A DNA stretch of 64,000 nt from a virus. The stretch lies in IMG/VR virus record IMGVR_UViG_3300025138_000013; one strand, 5' to 3'. Every line of letters begins with the position of its first letter. The stretch's first letter is position 1. A program made the position numbers and the translations under genes. Below are positions 40,072 through 48,896 of the stretch, one piece after another. A model generated the notes under the pieces. That model saw only the letters and a program-made list of their open reading frames with translations. It was not told the origin of the DNA and made no database searches.

Positions 40072-40310
40072 TGAAACAAGTTCATGTATATCTTAATATG
40101 AAACATAGCCAGACAGCCATGGATATGAGACTTGAACATATTGCAAAAACGCTTGATAAAGATTTAGTCGAGATTAGAATTTACACGTGTGGAGAAGATT
40201 TCTTTAAAAAGGATGTTGATAGACCACTACCATTCGGAATGATTGACGGTAAAGCCAAGTCAGACGAAAACTTTTTCAAGGAAATAGTAGGAGATAAAGT
40301 TGAAGATTAG
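40071..40310 (+). CDS. Hypothetical protein
   Basis: TAATG overlap with glutaredoxin. Confidence 0.6.
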   Translation: MKQVHVYLNMKHSQTAMDMRLEHIAKTLDKDLVEIRIYTCGEDFFKKDVDRPLPFGMIDGKAKSDENFFKEIVGDKVED

Positions 40311-40452
40311 ATTACACTGCACGGATTGTAAATCAGAGTGCATAGTAGAACATGAAATGGATTCACACCACTATGGAATCGATTATTGTCCATTTTGTGG
40401 TACAGAAATGGATGAAGATTTAATAGAAGAGGTAGAAGAATACGACGATTAG
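40300..40452 (+). CDS. Small zinc-ribbon protein (TTG start, not in ORF track)
   Basis: AGGAGA RBS; CTDC...CPFCG plus acidic tail. Confidence 0.65.
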   Translation: MKIRLHCTDCKSECIVEHEMDSHHYGIDYCPFCGTEMDEDLIEEVEEYDD

Positions 40453-40456
40453 GGCC

Positions 40457-40486
40457 TTGACTATGAGGTGGTTTTTTTGATATAAT
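40457..40486 (+). promoter_or_regulatory. Early promoter
   Basis: TTGACT-N18-TATAAT. Confidence 0.65.
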
Positions 40487-40487
40487 A

Positions 40488-40931
40488 ATGACTCGATTGA
40501 AAAGAAAGGAACAATATCCCTTGATTGACATACAAATCAATGGTCAAATTGCACAAAAACGTCGAATTCGTACCTTTGTAAAGTCTTGTATTGCATATCT
40601 TTCCCCTAAATTACGTAGGGATATAACCATAGAACTAAATGTTATAACTAGATGTGAGAATAATCACTATGCTTTATGTTGGGGTGACCGTGATGAGGTC
40701 ATTATAGAGATTGCACGTGGTAGTAATGGACTAGAATTCACTCTAGAAGACCAAATGTTGAATCTTGCACATGAATTAGTTCATGCAAAACAATTCTTAA
40801 CTGGACAACTCAGTCCAGTTCGTCAAAAATGGAAGAAAAAGGACTACTCTAAGGCACCATATAGCCGTCAACCTTGGGAGCGAGAAGCCTACGCAAAGGA
40901 AGAAAAACTGTACAAAATATTTTGGGAATAG
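40488..40931 (+). CDS. HExxH metallopeptidase-like protein (start uncertain)
   Basis: LAHELVHAKQ...PWEREAY. Confidence 0.8.
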   Translation: MTRLKRKEQYPLIDIQINGQIAQKRRIRTFVKSCIAYLSPKLRRDITIELNVITRCENNHYALCWGDRDEVIIEIARGSNGLEFTLEDQMLNLAHELVHAKQFLTGQLSPVRQKWKKKDYSKAPYSRQPWEREAYAKEEKLYKIFWE

Positions 40932-40933
40932 CC

Positions 40934-40963
40934 TTGACAATGCCCCTCAGCTAATGAGATAAT
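40934..40963 (+). promoter_or_regulatory. Early promoter
   Basis: TTGACA-N18-GATAAT. Confidence 0.6.
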
Positions 40964-40996
40964 ACTACTTCACTGAGAGAAGAAAGGAACAAAGAA

Positions 40997-41149
40997 ATGT
41001 CTAAACAACTACCCGAGAACTGGACAGACAAAGAGTTTTTAGAAGACGCTACATGGTTGACCCCACATGAACGTATCGAACAGGAAGAGTACGATGCACT
41101 TGCTATTGACAAGTGTATACCCATCATCATAAGAGAGATAACAGCATGA
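40997..41149 (+). CDS. Small hypothetical protein (50 aa, not in ORF track)
   Basis: AAGGA RBS; MSKQLPENWTDKEFLEDATW...; ATGA overlap with the next ORF. Confidence 0.6.
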   Translation: MSKQLPENWTDKEFLEDATWLTPHERIEQEEYDALAIDKCIPIIIREITA

Positions 41150-41313
41150 AGTACTATTATCGTATACACTGCATACACACTAATCGTCCACTATGTTCTA
41201 AGATATTCAAGACTAGCATGGAAGCTCATGAGTATGCAGAGAAAGTACACATTCAGATTGCATTAAACCGTTCTATGATGGAAACAGATGAAGCTGTGGT
41301 CGTGCGATATTGA
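41146..41313 (+). CDS. Small hypothetical protein
   Basis: ATG at the ATGA overlap; MKYYYRIHC... Confidence 0.55.
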   Translation: MKYYYRIHCIHTNRPLCSKIFKTSMEAHEYAEKVHIQIALNRSMMETDEAVVVRY

Positions 41314-41322
41314 TAAAATGCC

Positions 41323-41352
41323 TTGACAGCATGGCCTAATTAGTGGTATACT
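41323..41352 (+). promoter_or_regulatory. Early promoter
   Basis: TTGACA-N18-TATACT; ATG 6 nt downstream. Confidence 0.75.
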
Positions 41353-41358
41353 ATACGT

Positions 41359-41868
41359 ATGGAAAATAAGAGAGTAAAGATAAAAAGAATCTTCATTGAT
41401 ATGGATGGAGTACTTGCAGATTTCAACACTGGAGTTGAAAAACTAACAGGGAGAGAGTTCCCTAACACCGACCAAGGTCATAATGACTATGACTTAAGGA
41501 AGGAAGAATTAACGAACAAGAGATTGTTCAGAATGTTACCACCTATGCCTGATATGCATGAATTGGTTGGTTACGTTAGACACACTAAACTACCGTGGGA
41601 AATACTCACTGCAGCTGGTGTGATAAACAGAGAGTTGGTTGTGTATGATAAGAACGAGTGGATTAAAGAACATGTTAGTCCTACTGTTGTTGTTACTTGT
41701 ACTATGACTGGTAGTCAGAAAGGTATGTTTGCAATCAAAGGAAGTGTCCTTATTGATGACAGACAAAAGAACCTTGATGCATGGGTAGAACATGGTGGAA
41801 TAGGAATATTACACACTAATGCAGCTGATACAATTGCACAACTTAAAGTATTGAGAAATGGTGACTAA
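41359..41868 (+). CDS. HAD-family 5'(3')-deoxyribonucleotidase-like protein
   Basis: IFIDMDGVLADF, ILTA, K..W, LIDDR. Confidence 0.88.
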   Translation: MENKRVKIKRIFIDMDGVLADFNTGVEKLTGREFPNTDQGHNDYDLRKEELTNKRLFRMLPPMPDMHELVGYVRHTKLPWEILTAAGVINRELVVYDKNEWIKEHVSPTVVVTCTMTGSQKGMFAIKGSVLIDDRQKNLDAWVEHGGIGILHTNAADTIAQLKVLRNGD

Positions 41869-41945
41869 GGGGTTGTAGCTCAATCGGATAGAGCAACTGC
41901 CTTCTAAGCAGTAGGTTATAGGTTCGATTCCTATCAGTCCCGCCA
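41869..41945 (+). tRNA. tRNA-Arg(TCT)
   Basis: Anticodon arm ACTGC-CTTCTAA-GCAGT; GGTTCGATTCC; CCA end. Confidence 0.93.
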
Positions 41946-42003
41946 CCATTTCTAAACACACTAAATAAGAGTAAGGAATAATCCTTACTTTTTGGTATAT
42001 ATT

Positions 42004-42621
42004 ATGGAAAATAAATTTGCAGAAAATAGACATATAGAAGACCTTGGAGAACATGTTCTCCTTTATCGTGGTTGGACAGACGACGAGTTTATAGACTATG
42101 TTCTCAACATATATAAAAAGTGTGAAGATAGAGGTTTGACACTTCCAAGAGCTTCATACGACACAAAGACAATCACTAGAAAATCAGACAACGCAGTCAG
42201 CATCACTCAAGTACCCGAATCATATTTCGGTGGTCAGATGAGTAGACTACTATCAATCTTCGAAGACCAAGATGGTGTCATTGATGAGTGGTTTGAGAAG
42301 TATCCAGTCCAAGACAACTACAGAGGTCTTATGGTCAGTGGTGCAAAAATTCAAAAGACATTACCACAACAAGGATATCATATCTGGCATTGTGAACACT
42401 GTAATTGTCCATCTAGTTCTAAATCCCTACTTGCATGGGCAATCTTCCTTAATGACGTTGAGGAAGGTGGAGAGTTAGAATTCCTATACCAATCATTACG
42501 TATCAAACCCAAAAGAGGTGACATAGTATTGTGGCCTGCTGGTTTCACTCATATGCATAGAGGTAATCCACCTCTCAAAGGAGAGAAATATATAGTAACA
42601 GGATGGATAGACTATGCTTAA
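42004..42621 (+). CDS. 2OG-Fe(II) oxygenase (prolyl-4-hydroxylase-like)
   Basis: GYHIWHCE, FLNDVEEGGE, WPAGFTHMHRGNPP, KYIVTGW. Confidence 0.9.
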   Translation: MENKFAENRHIEDLGEHVLLYRGWTDDEFIDYVLNIYKKCEDRGLTLPRASYDTKTITRKSDNAVSITQVPESYFGGQMSRLLSIFEDQDGVIDEWFEKYPVQDNYRGLMVSGAKIQKTLPQQGYHIWHCEHCNCPSSSKSLLAWAIFLNDVEEGGELEFLYQSLRIKPKRGDIVLWPAGFTHMHRGNPPLKGEKYIVTGWIDYA

Positions 42622-42886
42622 CAAACTATGGAATAAGATAAAAGAATTACTGAAGAGATTTTTTTGGTTCATTTGGACATGGATTAAACATCTCTTCAAA
42701 GCAGAATACAAGATTACCGTTTACAGACAATCTGAAGGTGGTAATATGTACAAATCGGAATATATGTCAAGAAACATCATGATAAATAAACCGAAACATT
42801 TAAAATTCAAAGACTATGAGACAAGGAACACTGTAGAAATACGTTCAGTACTAGGACTTGAAGTAAAAATAGAGGAGATAGACTAA
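42614..42886 (+). CDS. Hypothetical protein
   Basis: Overlapping ORF; Trp-rich amphipathic N-terminus. Confidence 0.65.
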   Translation: MLNKLWNKIKELLKRFFWFIWTWIKHLFKAEYKITVYRQSEGGNMYKSEYMSRNIMINKPKHLKFKDYETRNTVEIRSVLGLEVKIEEID

Positions 42887-42887
42887 T

Positions 42888-43277
42888 ATGCAAAATTTAT
42901 TAATAGGTCTTCTAGTTGCACTCGGAATTTTCAGTTACATAACGTACAATCAAAACGTTGTATTGACTGCAAATAACATTAAGTTAGAAGCTGCAGTAGA
43001 AGAACAACAACGTGCCATGGATGCATTACGTGAGAACTTTGAAAAACAAGGGAAAGCACTGCAGAACATGGGTCGTAAAAATGCATCGATTGAAGCAGAA
43101 AAGGCGGAGTATCTACAAATATTCCAAAGACATAATTTAAGCGCTCTTGCAGTTGCAAAACCTGCCATAATGACAGGAAAGGTCAATCGTGCAACCAATA
43201 GAGTATTTGAGGGAATTGAAGATGATACAAAGGAAATATATAACCTTGATGAGTCTAATCGCACTAACGACGATTAG
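42888..43277 (+). CDS. Inner-membrane spanin (Rz-like)
   Basis: N-terminal TM plus coiled coil; overlapped at its 3' end by a lipoprotein gene. Confidence 0.65.
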   Translation: MQNLLIGLLVALGIFSYITYNQNVVLTANNIKLEAAVEEQQRAMDALRENFEKQGKALQNMGRKNASIEAEKAEYLQIFQRHNLSALAVAKPAIMTGKVNRATNRVFEGIEDDTKEIYNLDESNRTNDD

Positions 43278-43731
43278 TGGATGCTCATTATTAGGAACTA
43301 AAAACATAGAGATAGTCTCTAAACCATTAGAGATAGAAATCATGCAACCCACATTGCCTAGACCTATTGAAATGACATCACCTATGTGGTTCGTTGTATC
43401 AGAGGCAAAGAAGGACAATCTATGTAGAAAGATAGATGACAAGAGACCTAAAACTTGCAATCTTGAAGACAGAGACAATCCCGAGTGGCCAGTTGATTAC
43501 TCAGAACTTGACTATTTCTTAGATGAAATGAAAGAACAGAATGGTGGTGAGATTGTATTCATTGCAACTACCATAGGTGACTATGAGGTCATGAGTGCAA
43601 ACATACAAGAGATTAAAAGATACATCAAACAAATGGGTGAAGTAGTTGTATACTACAGAAACGTAACCATCAAAACACCCGAAGGTGATGAGAAGGGGGT
43701 TGGAGTAAAAATAGAGAAATCAGATGACTAA
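43222..43731 (+). CDS. Outer-membrane spanin lipoprotein (Rz1-like)
   Basis: Signal peptide with lipobox ISGC; Pro-rich segment; overlaps the i-spanin gene. Confidence 0.65.
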   Translation: MIQRKYITLMSLIALTTISGCSLLGTKNIEIVSKPLEIEIMQPTLPRPIEMTSPMWFVVSEAKKDNLCRKIDDKRPKTCNLEDRDNPEWPVDYSELDYFLDEMKEQNGGEIVFIATTIGDYEVMSANIQEIKRYIKQMGEVVVYYRNVTIKTPEGDEKGVGVKIEKSDD

Positions 43732-43921
43732 GTGGTGGGATATACTTTGGAAACAGAATCCCAAAACGGACATCGACCATGGGCCAGACCCCGATGACAT
43801 TACAGTAGATAATGCATACAAGACAAGATGGATATGGTATCATACTATTCTTGCAATTGGTATTTTCATGTCAAATGTCATTCTCATTGCAATACTTTTA
43901 CTATTGGCAATTAAATTATGA
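43724..43921 (+). CDS. Small membrane protein
   Basis: C-terminal TM helix. Confidence 0.6.
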   Translation: MTKWWDILWKQNPKTDIDHGPDPDDITVDNAYKTRWIWYHTILAIGIFMSNVILIAILLLLAIKL

Positions 43922-44670
43922 AACCAGCGATACATAAGCAGTCTTTTTATCAGCCTGCACAACACAGAATATTACCATTATTCCCAACACCATTTCTAAG
44001 AGGTCAATTAGGATTTAAGCCTGACATGATTATCAGAGATATAGATAGACTCATTGATATGGTTGCAGAGAAAGACAACAAAGACAAAAACAGTAACTAC
44101 ACATCTTATTTTGATAATGATATAAGACAGATGACACATAGATTACCATGGTTTAATGATTTCTCTAACATCATGAAAGACACGTACATTGAATTCATAC
44201 GTACACAATTCAACAAAGAGGTCAAACACCTATCTAGAAATGATATTCATCTGTTTGCATGGATTAATAGATATGATGCAGAACATGACCATCAAGTTCA
44301 TAATCACGTCGACTCACATATCAGTGGTACATACTATGTAAACTGTTCGGATAGACCAATCAAGTTTTGGAATCCAAACATGGCAGCTCAGTATGCACAC
44401 AATGGTACTGAAGACATGATACATTTTGAGGAATTACCTAATATGGGATTCATGGGTTGTGAAGGGTTTCAATCAGAAATGATGTTTGAACCATCGGCTG
44501 GTGATTTCCTATTATGGCCGTCTTATTTACTACACTCAGTTCCGCCCACTGGAAACAGCAGACAGGAAGAACTCAGATATTCTATATCGTTCAACCTAAA
44601 GTACAGACAAGAACTTAATGACACTGAAACAGGAGATGCACTATATTATAGTGATATTTTTGGTAAATAA
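43918..44670 (+). CDS. 2OG-Fe(II) oxygenase-like protein
   Basis: LFPTP, WINRY..HNH..SHISGTYY, WPSYLLHSV, RYSISFN. Confidence 0.85.
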   Translation: MKPAIHKQSFYQPAQHRILPLFPTPFLRGQLGFKPDMIIRDIDRLIDMVAEKDNKDKNSNYTSYFDNDIRQMTHRLPWFNDFSNIMKDTYIEFIRTQFNKEVKHLSRNDIHLFAWINRYDAEHDHQVHNHVDSHISGTYYVNCSDRPIKFWNPNMAAQYAHNGTEDMIHFEELPNMGFMGCEGFQSEMMFEPSAGDFLLWPSYLLHSVPPTGNSRQEELRYSISFNLKYRQELNDTETGDALYYSDIFGK

Positions 44671-44672
44671 AT

Positions 44673-44831
44673 ATGTGGGAGATATGGAAACACGCTCTTG
44701 GAGCATTTGACGAAGAGGACGGATACAAACCTCAGAACGAAAACAAGATTGCAATAATCAGAACAATCATCGTAGGAATTAACATTCTATGTGGTATTCT
44801 AATTATGGTAAATATTTTAAAGGATTGGTAA
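44673..44831 (+). CDS. Small membrane protein (52 aa, not in ORF track)
   Basis: MWEIWKHALGAFDEEDG...AIIRTIIVGINILCGILIMVNILKDW; TAATG overlap with the next gene. Confidence 0.65.
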   Translation: MWEIWKHALGAFDEEDGYKPQNENKIAIIRTIIVGINILCGILIMVNILKDW

Positions 44832-45532
44832 TGAAAAAGACATATGCACTAGACGAACTATATGCAGTGAACCCTAAATTAGAACACACTTATGAGAATG
44901 GTGTAATCACAATACACAATTTCTTTGAGAACCCCGAAGACATCTATGACCATATCACCAGTAGACAGTATCCTATGTGGAAATACTCTACAGAGAGAGA
45001 TTCACCAAATGGTACTGTATACAATGACTGCCGTATTACAGACAAGATAGGACATCCTACTAGAATAGGTATCAATGAGAACGAAAGAATACTAGATATC
45101 TGTAGACGATACTGGTGGAAAGGTGATTATAGTTATCAACAGATTCATGAGTTCAACTGTTTTCAAACCATAACAGAGTTTGACCCAAAGATGCAACACT
45201 ATCCACACATTGATAGTGCATTCATCACACCCGACGACAAGTCCACATTGAACATGTTAGTATACATGGATAAAGAAGAGAGCGGTGGAACTGCTGTGTA
45301 TAAGGGTGAATGGATAACAAACATGGAACATATGGGTGTACTGTACGAAGTAGAAAAGGACTTCGAAGTGGATTATATAATACCAGCTAAATTCAATACA
45401 TGTGTTATCTTCACAGGTAACAAACTACATGGTGCATGGATAGAAGACTATAAGAAATATTGTGAGGACTCATGGAGATACTCATACGTAAGATTCTTCC
45501 ATCCCAATAACGATAGACACAACAATGCCTAA
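44831..45532 (+). CDS. 2OG-Fe(II) oxygenase-like protein
   Basis: IHNFFENP, YPHID, GGTAVY, KFNTCVIF..LHGA, R. Confidence 0.8.
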   Translation: MKKTYALDELYAVNPKLEHTYENGVITIHNFFENPEDIYDHITSRQYPMWKYSTERDSPNGTVYNDCRITDKIGHPTRIGINENERILDICRRYWWKGDYSYQQIHEFNCFQTITEFDPKMQHYPHIDSAFITPDDKSTLNMLVYMDKEESGGTAVYKGEWITNMEHMGVLYEVEKDFEVDYIIPAKFNTCVIFTGNKLHGAWIEDYKKYCEDSWRYSYVRFFHPNNDRHNNA

Positions 45533-46160
45533 AAGAAAGATAGTAGTATCATCCCAAATGGAGAAGGACAAGCTCGAAGAGACAGAGCATAGTTCTAATA
45601 TGTTAATGATTGCAGATAGTGTCTTGACGATGGACACTTGTGATGTTATAATAGAACAGTTAGAATTAATAAAAGTAGACGAAGTACAGGTTCAAAAGAA
45701 CGGTCAGATATGTCCCGATGATATAACTGCATTAGAAAGGTCTTGGAGATATACACATCCACAGACTGGTCATGATGTTGCAGTACTGGAACAAGGTACA
45801 TCACAGTTTGAAATAGTGATGCAGTTAGTAGAACCTTATATGCCTAAGAGTAGAGACTTCGGAGAAGTTACTTATGCAACTATAATGAAGTATCCCGAAA
45901 ATACTATGTTTAATTGGCATAAAGACTCAGCTGATATGCATGACACAGGAACTTGTATCTTTATGTTGAATGAAGAATACGAAGGGGGTAGGTTGAATGT
46001 CGAAGGACATACAATACTACCAAGAAGAGGCACTATGGTAGCATTTAACAACTCAACAGAGAGATGGCATAGTGTAGAACCCATATTTGAAGGCGAGAGA
46101 TACGTCTTTGCAGTATGGTTTAGAAGGGCAGAGGAAGACGAAACCCATGACAATACTTAA
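45525..46160 (+). CDS. 2OG-Fe(II) oxygenase (P4H-like)
   Basis: WHKD, LNEEYEGG, WHSVEPI..GERYVFAVW. Confidence 0.88.
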   Translation: MPKRKIVVSSQMEKDKLEETEHSSNMLMIADSVLTMDTCDVIIEQLELIKVDEVQVQKNGQICPDDITALERSWRYTHPQTGHDVAVLEQGTSQFEIVMQLVEPYMPKSRDFGEVTYATIMKYPENTMFNWHKDSADMHDTGTCIFMLNEEYEGGRLNVEGHTILPRRGTMVAFNNSTERWHSVEPIFEGERYVFAVWFRRAEEDETHDNT

Positions 46161-46314
46161 ATGCAGTGAATGTGATAAAGAACTAGAAATGGAAAAAATC
46201 AAATACCATACAAATCCTAAACAAACACCAGTGCATGTCTTTTGTGATGCATATTGCAGTCACGACTGGCATGTGAAATATAAACCTCGAACCAAGGAGA
46301 GAAATGCCGATTAA
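46147..46314 (+). CDS. Small zinc-binding protein
   Basis: CSEC...FCDAYC. Confidence 0.65.
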   Translation: MTILKCSECDKELEMEKIKYHTNPKQTPVHVFCDAYCSHDWHVKYKPRTKERNAD

Positions 46315-46537
46315 ATTTAAACCAACCCAAAAAATTGTTGCACGTGGAACAAAACAGGTAACCGTGACTCATCATTATATGAAGACCACACCGTTATCAG
46401 AATTAATAGAAGAGTACAACAAGATTAAGAGTACCAAGGGTAAAGGTAAATTGAGGCAGAAGATACTCAATGAGTTTGCACGTAGAGATAAGAGGGGATT
46501 GCCAACTGCAATCCTTAGAACAGTAGAGGATGCTTAA
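46304..46537 (+). CDS. Small basic hypothetical protein
   Basis: AAGGAG RBS. Confidence 0.7.
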   Translation: MPIKFKPTQKIVARGTKQVTVTHHYMKTTPLSELIEEYNKIKSTKGKGKLRQKILNEFARRDKRGLPTAILRTVEDA

Positions 46538-47189
46538 ATTTAGCACTCATGAAATGAAAGTTAATACACCGCCAGAAGGAAATCTACTCACACCATTCGG
46601 CCCACCAGTATGGGTTGGAAAGATGGATATGAGTATCATTGATGAAGTCAATGAAAACATAGAATCACGTAGATATAGTAAAGACCACAAGATAGGTGCA
46701 GATTTACTTGCTGGTAGAGTGCATTCTCAATTAATGATTGAAGATGTGGTGTCTGATACAACAAAGAACCACATTCTAGACCATGTAGTGACATGGGCCC
46801 AAGGCACTGGTATGGAAATTGTCAATGACCAGCTGCAAATAGAGGGCCTTTGGGTTAATCTACAAAAAGAATTTGAATACAATCCTATCCATGCACACGA
46901 TGGTCTGTTTAGTTTTGTATTCTACACAAAAAACACAATCCAACGTGATGTTGCAATCGATAATGAATTCGATAGTAATGTCAGTAAGGAGTCTAGACCA
47001 CTTGCTGGTCATATAGACTTACATTATGGAGAGAACAATTTTATGAATTGGACTTCCATGTCACATTACCCTATGAAGGGAGATATACTTATCTTCCCAT
47101 CATGGTTAAATCATTCAGTCTATCCATTCCATGACCCACAAGGTGAAAGGATATCGGTAGCTGGAAATATACATTACGCTCAGACGTAA
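46530..47189 (+). CDS. 2OG-Fe(II) oxygenase-like protein
   Basis: WVNLQKEFEYNPIHAHDG, IFPSWLNHSVYPF, RISVAGN. Confidence 0.85.
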   Translation: MLKFSTHEMKVNTPPEGNLLTPFGPPVWVGKMDMSIIDEVNENIESRRYSKDHKIGADLLAGRVHSQLMIEDVVSDTTKNHILDHVVTWAQGTGMEIVNDQLQIEGLWVNLQKEFEYNPIHAHDGLFSFVFYTKNTIQRDVAIDNEFDSNVSKESRPLAGHIDLHYGENNFMNWTSMSHYPMKGDILIFPSWLNHSVYPFHDPQGERISVAGNIHYAQT

Positions 47190-47199
47190 GGAGATAATT

Positions 47200-47613
47200 A
47201 TGAGTCATATTATTGACACATTGAAGACGGTGTTGGTCACGAGAGCAACAGATTTTAACGGAAGGTCAGATAGACCCGAGTACTGGTGGTTTACATTATA
47301 TGCCATAATTGTATTTGGTTTACTTGCACTAGTAGATAACTATGTACTAGGATTTACATTCTTTAGTATACTAGAACCATGGGGTGAGATGCAAGAGAGC
47401 GGAGTGTTAGTATTGTTATGGACACTTGGAACTCTTGTACAAAGTATATCAGTAACAACAAGAAGATTACATGACAGAGGTCATAGTGGTTGGTGGCAGT
47501 TAGGTTTTATAGTACCAGGCTTAAACTTTATAGTTTTTTACTGGTTAGTAAGAGATGCAAAGGATACAACCGAAGCATTAACATATGAGAATCCATACGG
47601 ATTAAGAGGATAA
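47200..47613 (+). CDS. DUF805-family inner-membrane protein
   Basis: FNGRSDRPEYWWF, RRLHDRGHSGWW, NPYG. Confidence 0.88.
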   Translation: MSHIIDTLKTVLVTRATDFNGRSDRPEYWWFTLYAIIVFGLLALVDNYVLGFTFFSILEPWGEMQESGVLVLLWTLGTLVQSISVTTRRLHDRGHSGWWQLGFIVPGLNFIVFYWLVRDAKDTTEALTYENPYGLRG

Positions 47614-47617
47614 CATT

Positions 47618-47800
47618 ATGGGATTTTGGACAAAATTCACAGATTTCCTTGGTTTTGAAACTGTTAGAGCAAGAGACGACAAAGGTCGTTATATTGCAGA
47701 TGACAAATCAACACCCGATGTAGACGAATCTAAAAAGAGAGTCTATAAGAGTAAAACCAAGAACAAGAAATACAAACCAAGTATAGATAATAACGGATAA
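47618..47800 (+). CDS. Small hypothetical protein
   Basis: GAGGA RBS; RARDDKGRYIADD.STPDVDE motif. Confidence 0.7.
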   Translation: MGFWTKFTDFLGFETVRARDDKGRYIADDKSTPDVDESKKRVYKSKTKNKKYKPSIDNNG

Positions 47801-47806
47801 GATTTT

Positions 47807-47882
47807 GGGGCTGTAGCTCAGTTGGGAGAGCGACTGCCTTGCACGTAGTAGGTCGTAGGTTCGAACCCTATCAGCTCCACCA
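47807..47882 (+). tRNA. tRNA-Ala(TGC)
   Basis: GGGGCTG/CAGCTCC with G3-U70; anticodon loop CTTGCAC; CCA. Confidence 0.95.
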
Positions 47883-47906
47883 GTCTATCCATAACAGGAG
47901 AAATAT

Positions 47907-48536
47907 ATGAGAAATATATTATTAGGATGTCTTATGGCATTATCATTCAACTCGTTTGCAGTTGAATTAAACGGTACTCTAGGGTACACATCTGATTACG
48001 TATGGAGAGGAGAGTCTCAAGGTAATCAACCAGCATTTTCATTTGGTGCAGAAGTAACAACCGAAACAGGATTCTATCTTGGTGCATGGCAATCAGACGT
48101 AGAGTTTGGTGACACCACAACAGAGACAGACTACTATGGTGGATATAGACTAGACGTTGCAGACAATGTCACAGTGGACTTAGGTTATATGAGATATGAC
48201 TTTGATGGTTCTACAGAAACACTTGAAGAAGTATATGGTATTGTGAAATACAATAACCTTTCACTTGCATATTTTGAGAACATAGAGGACAACGACAATT
48301 ATGCAGAGGCAAGATACAATTTATGGTTTATACCTAATGTAGATGTCACTGTAATGTATGGAATGTATACAGTCGATGATACCTTTTGGATGGCAACCAT
48401 TGGAAGAGCTTTGAACGACTCATTCTATATCAAAGCAAAGATGGGTGTCTATAGAGATGCATTCGGTATGACTGGAAATTTGTTTGAAGGACAATTTGCA
48501 GACCATGTATCAGTAGGAATAACCTACAACTGGTAG
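47907..48536 (+). CDS. Outer-membrane beta-barrel (TorF/Gcw_chp-like putative porin)
   Basis: Signal peptide; TSDYVWRGESQ, GFYLGAWQS, ETDYYGGY; C-terminal YNW. Confidence 0.85.
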   Translation: MRNILLGCLMALSFNSFAVELNGTLGYTSDYVWRGESQGNQPAFSFGAEVTTETGFYLGAWQSDVEFGDTTTETDYYGGYRLDVADNVTVDLGYMRYDFDGSTETLEEVYGIVKYNNLSLAYFENIEDNDNYAEARYNLWFIPNVDVTVMYGMYTVDDTFWMATIGRALNDSFYIKAKMGVYRDAFGMTGNLFEGQFADHVSVGITYNW

Positions 48537-48658
48537 AATGCCTAACGGCATATATACTTATGTGACAAAAGTGTTACAAACAGATGGAGTAATGTGCCGA
48601 GGTCGGTACATGAAGAAACAATAGTATCATTCAGTCACGACAATAAAGGAGCATACAA

Positions 48659-48778
48659 ATGAGTATTAAATCATTAGTGTCCGTCCTTGCTGACTTCAGT
48701 GAAGATAAATGGACACAATTTCATATCATGATGAAGAGTGGCAGAATGCATAAAGTTCTAAATTTATTAGAACAATAA
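48659..48778 (+). CDS. Small hypothetical protein (39 aa)
   Basis: AAGGAG RBS; MSIKSLVSVLADFSEDKWTQFHIMMKSGRMHKVLNLLEQ. Confidence 0.5.
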   Translation: MSIKSLVSVLADFSEDKWTQFHIMMKSGRMHKVLNLLEQ

Positions 48779-48799
48779 GCATAAAGCCTCTTGGAGATT

Positions 48800-48841
48800 C
48801 CCTTCATTTGGATTATAATAGATACATATGAAGGGTTTTTT
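48800..48841 (+). terminator. Probable intrinsic terminator
   Basis: CCCTTCAT...ATGAAGGG followed by a T-run; the loop contains TATAAT. Confidence 0.55.
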
Positions 48842-48896
48842 GTATCCCTAAATAAACTAAACAAACACATTATTATTATATTATTAGGAGTTATAA

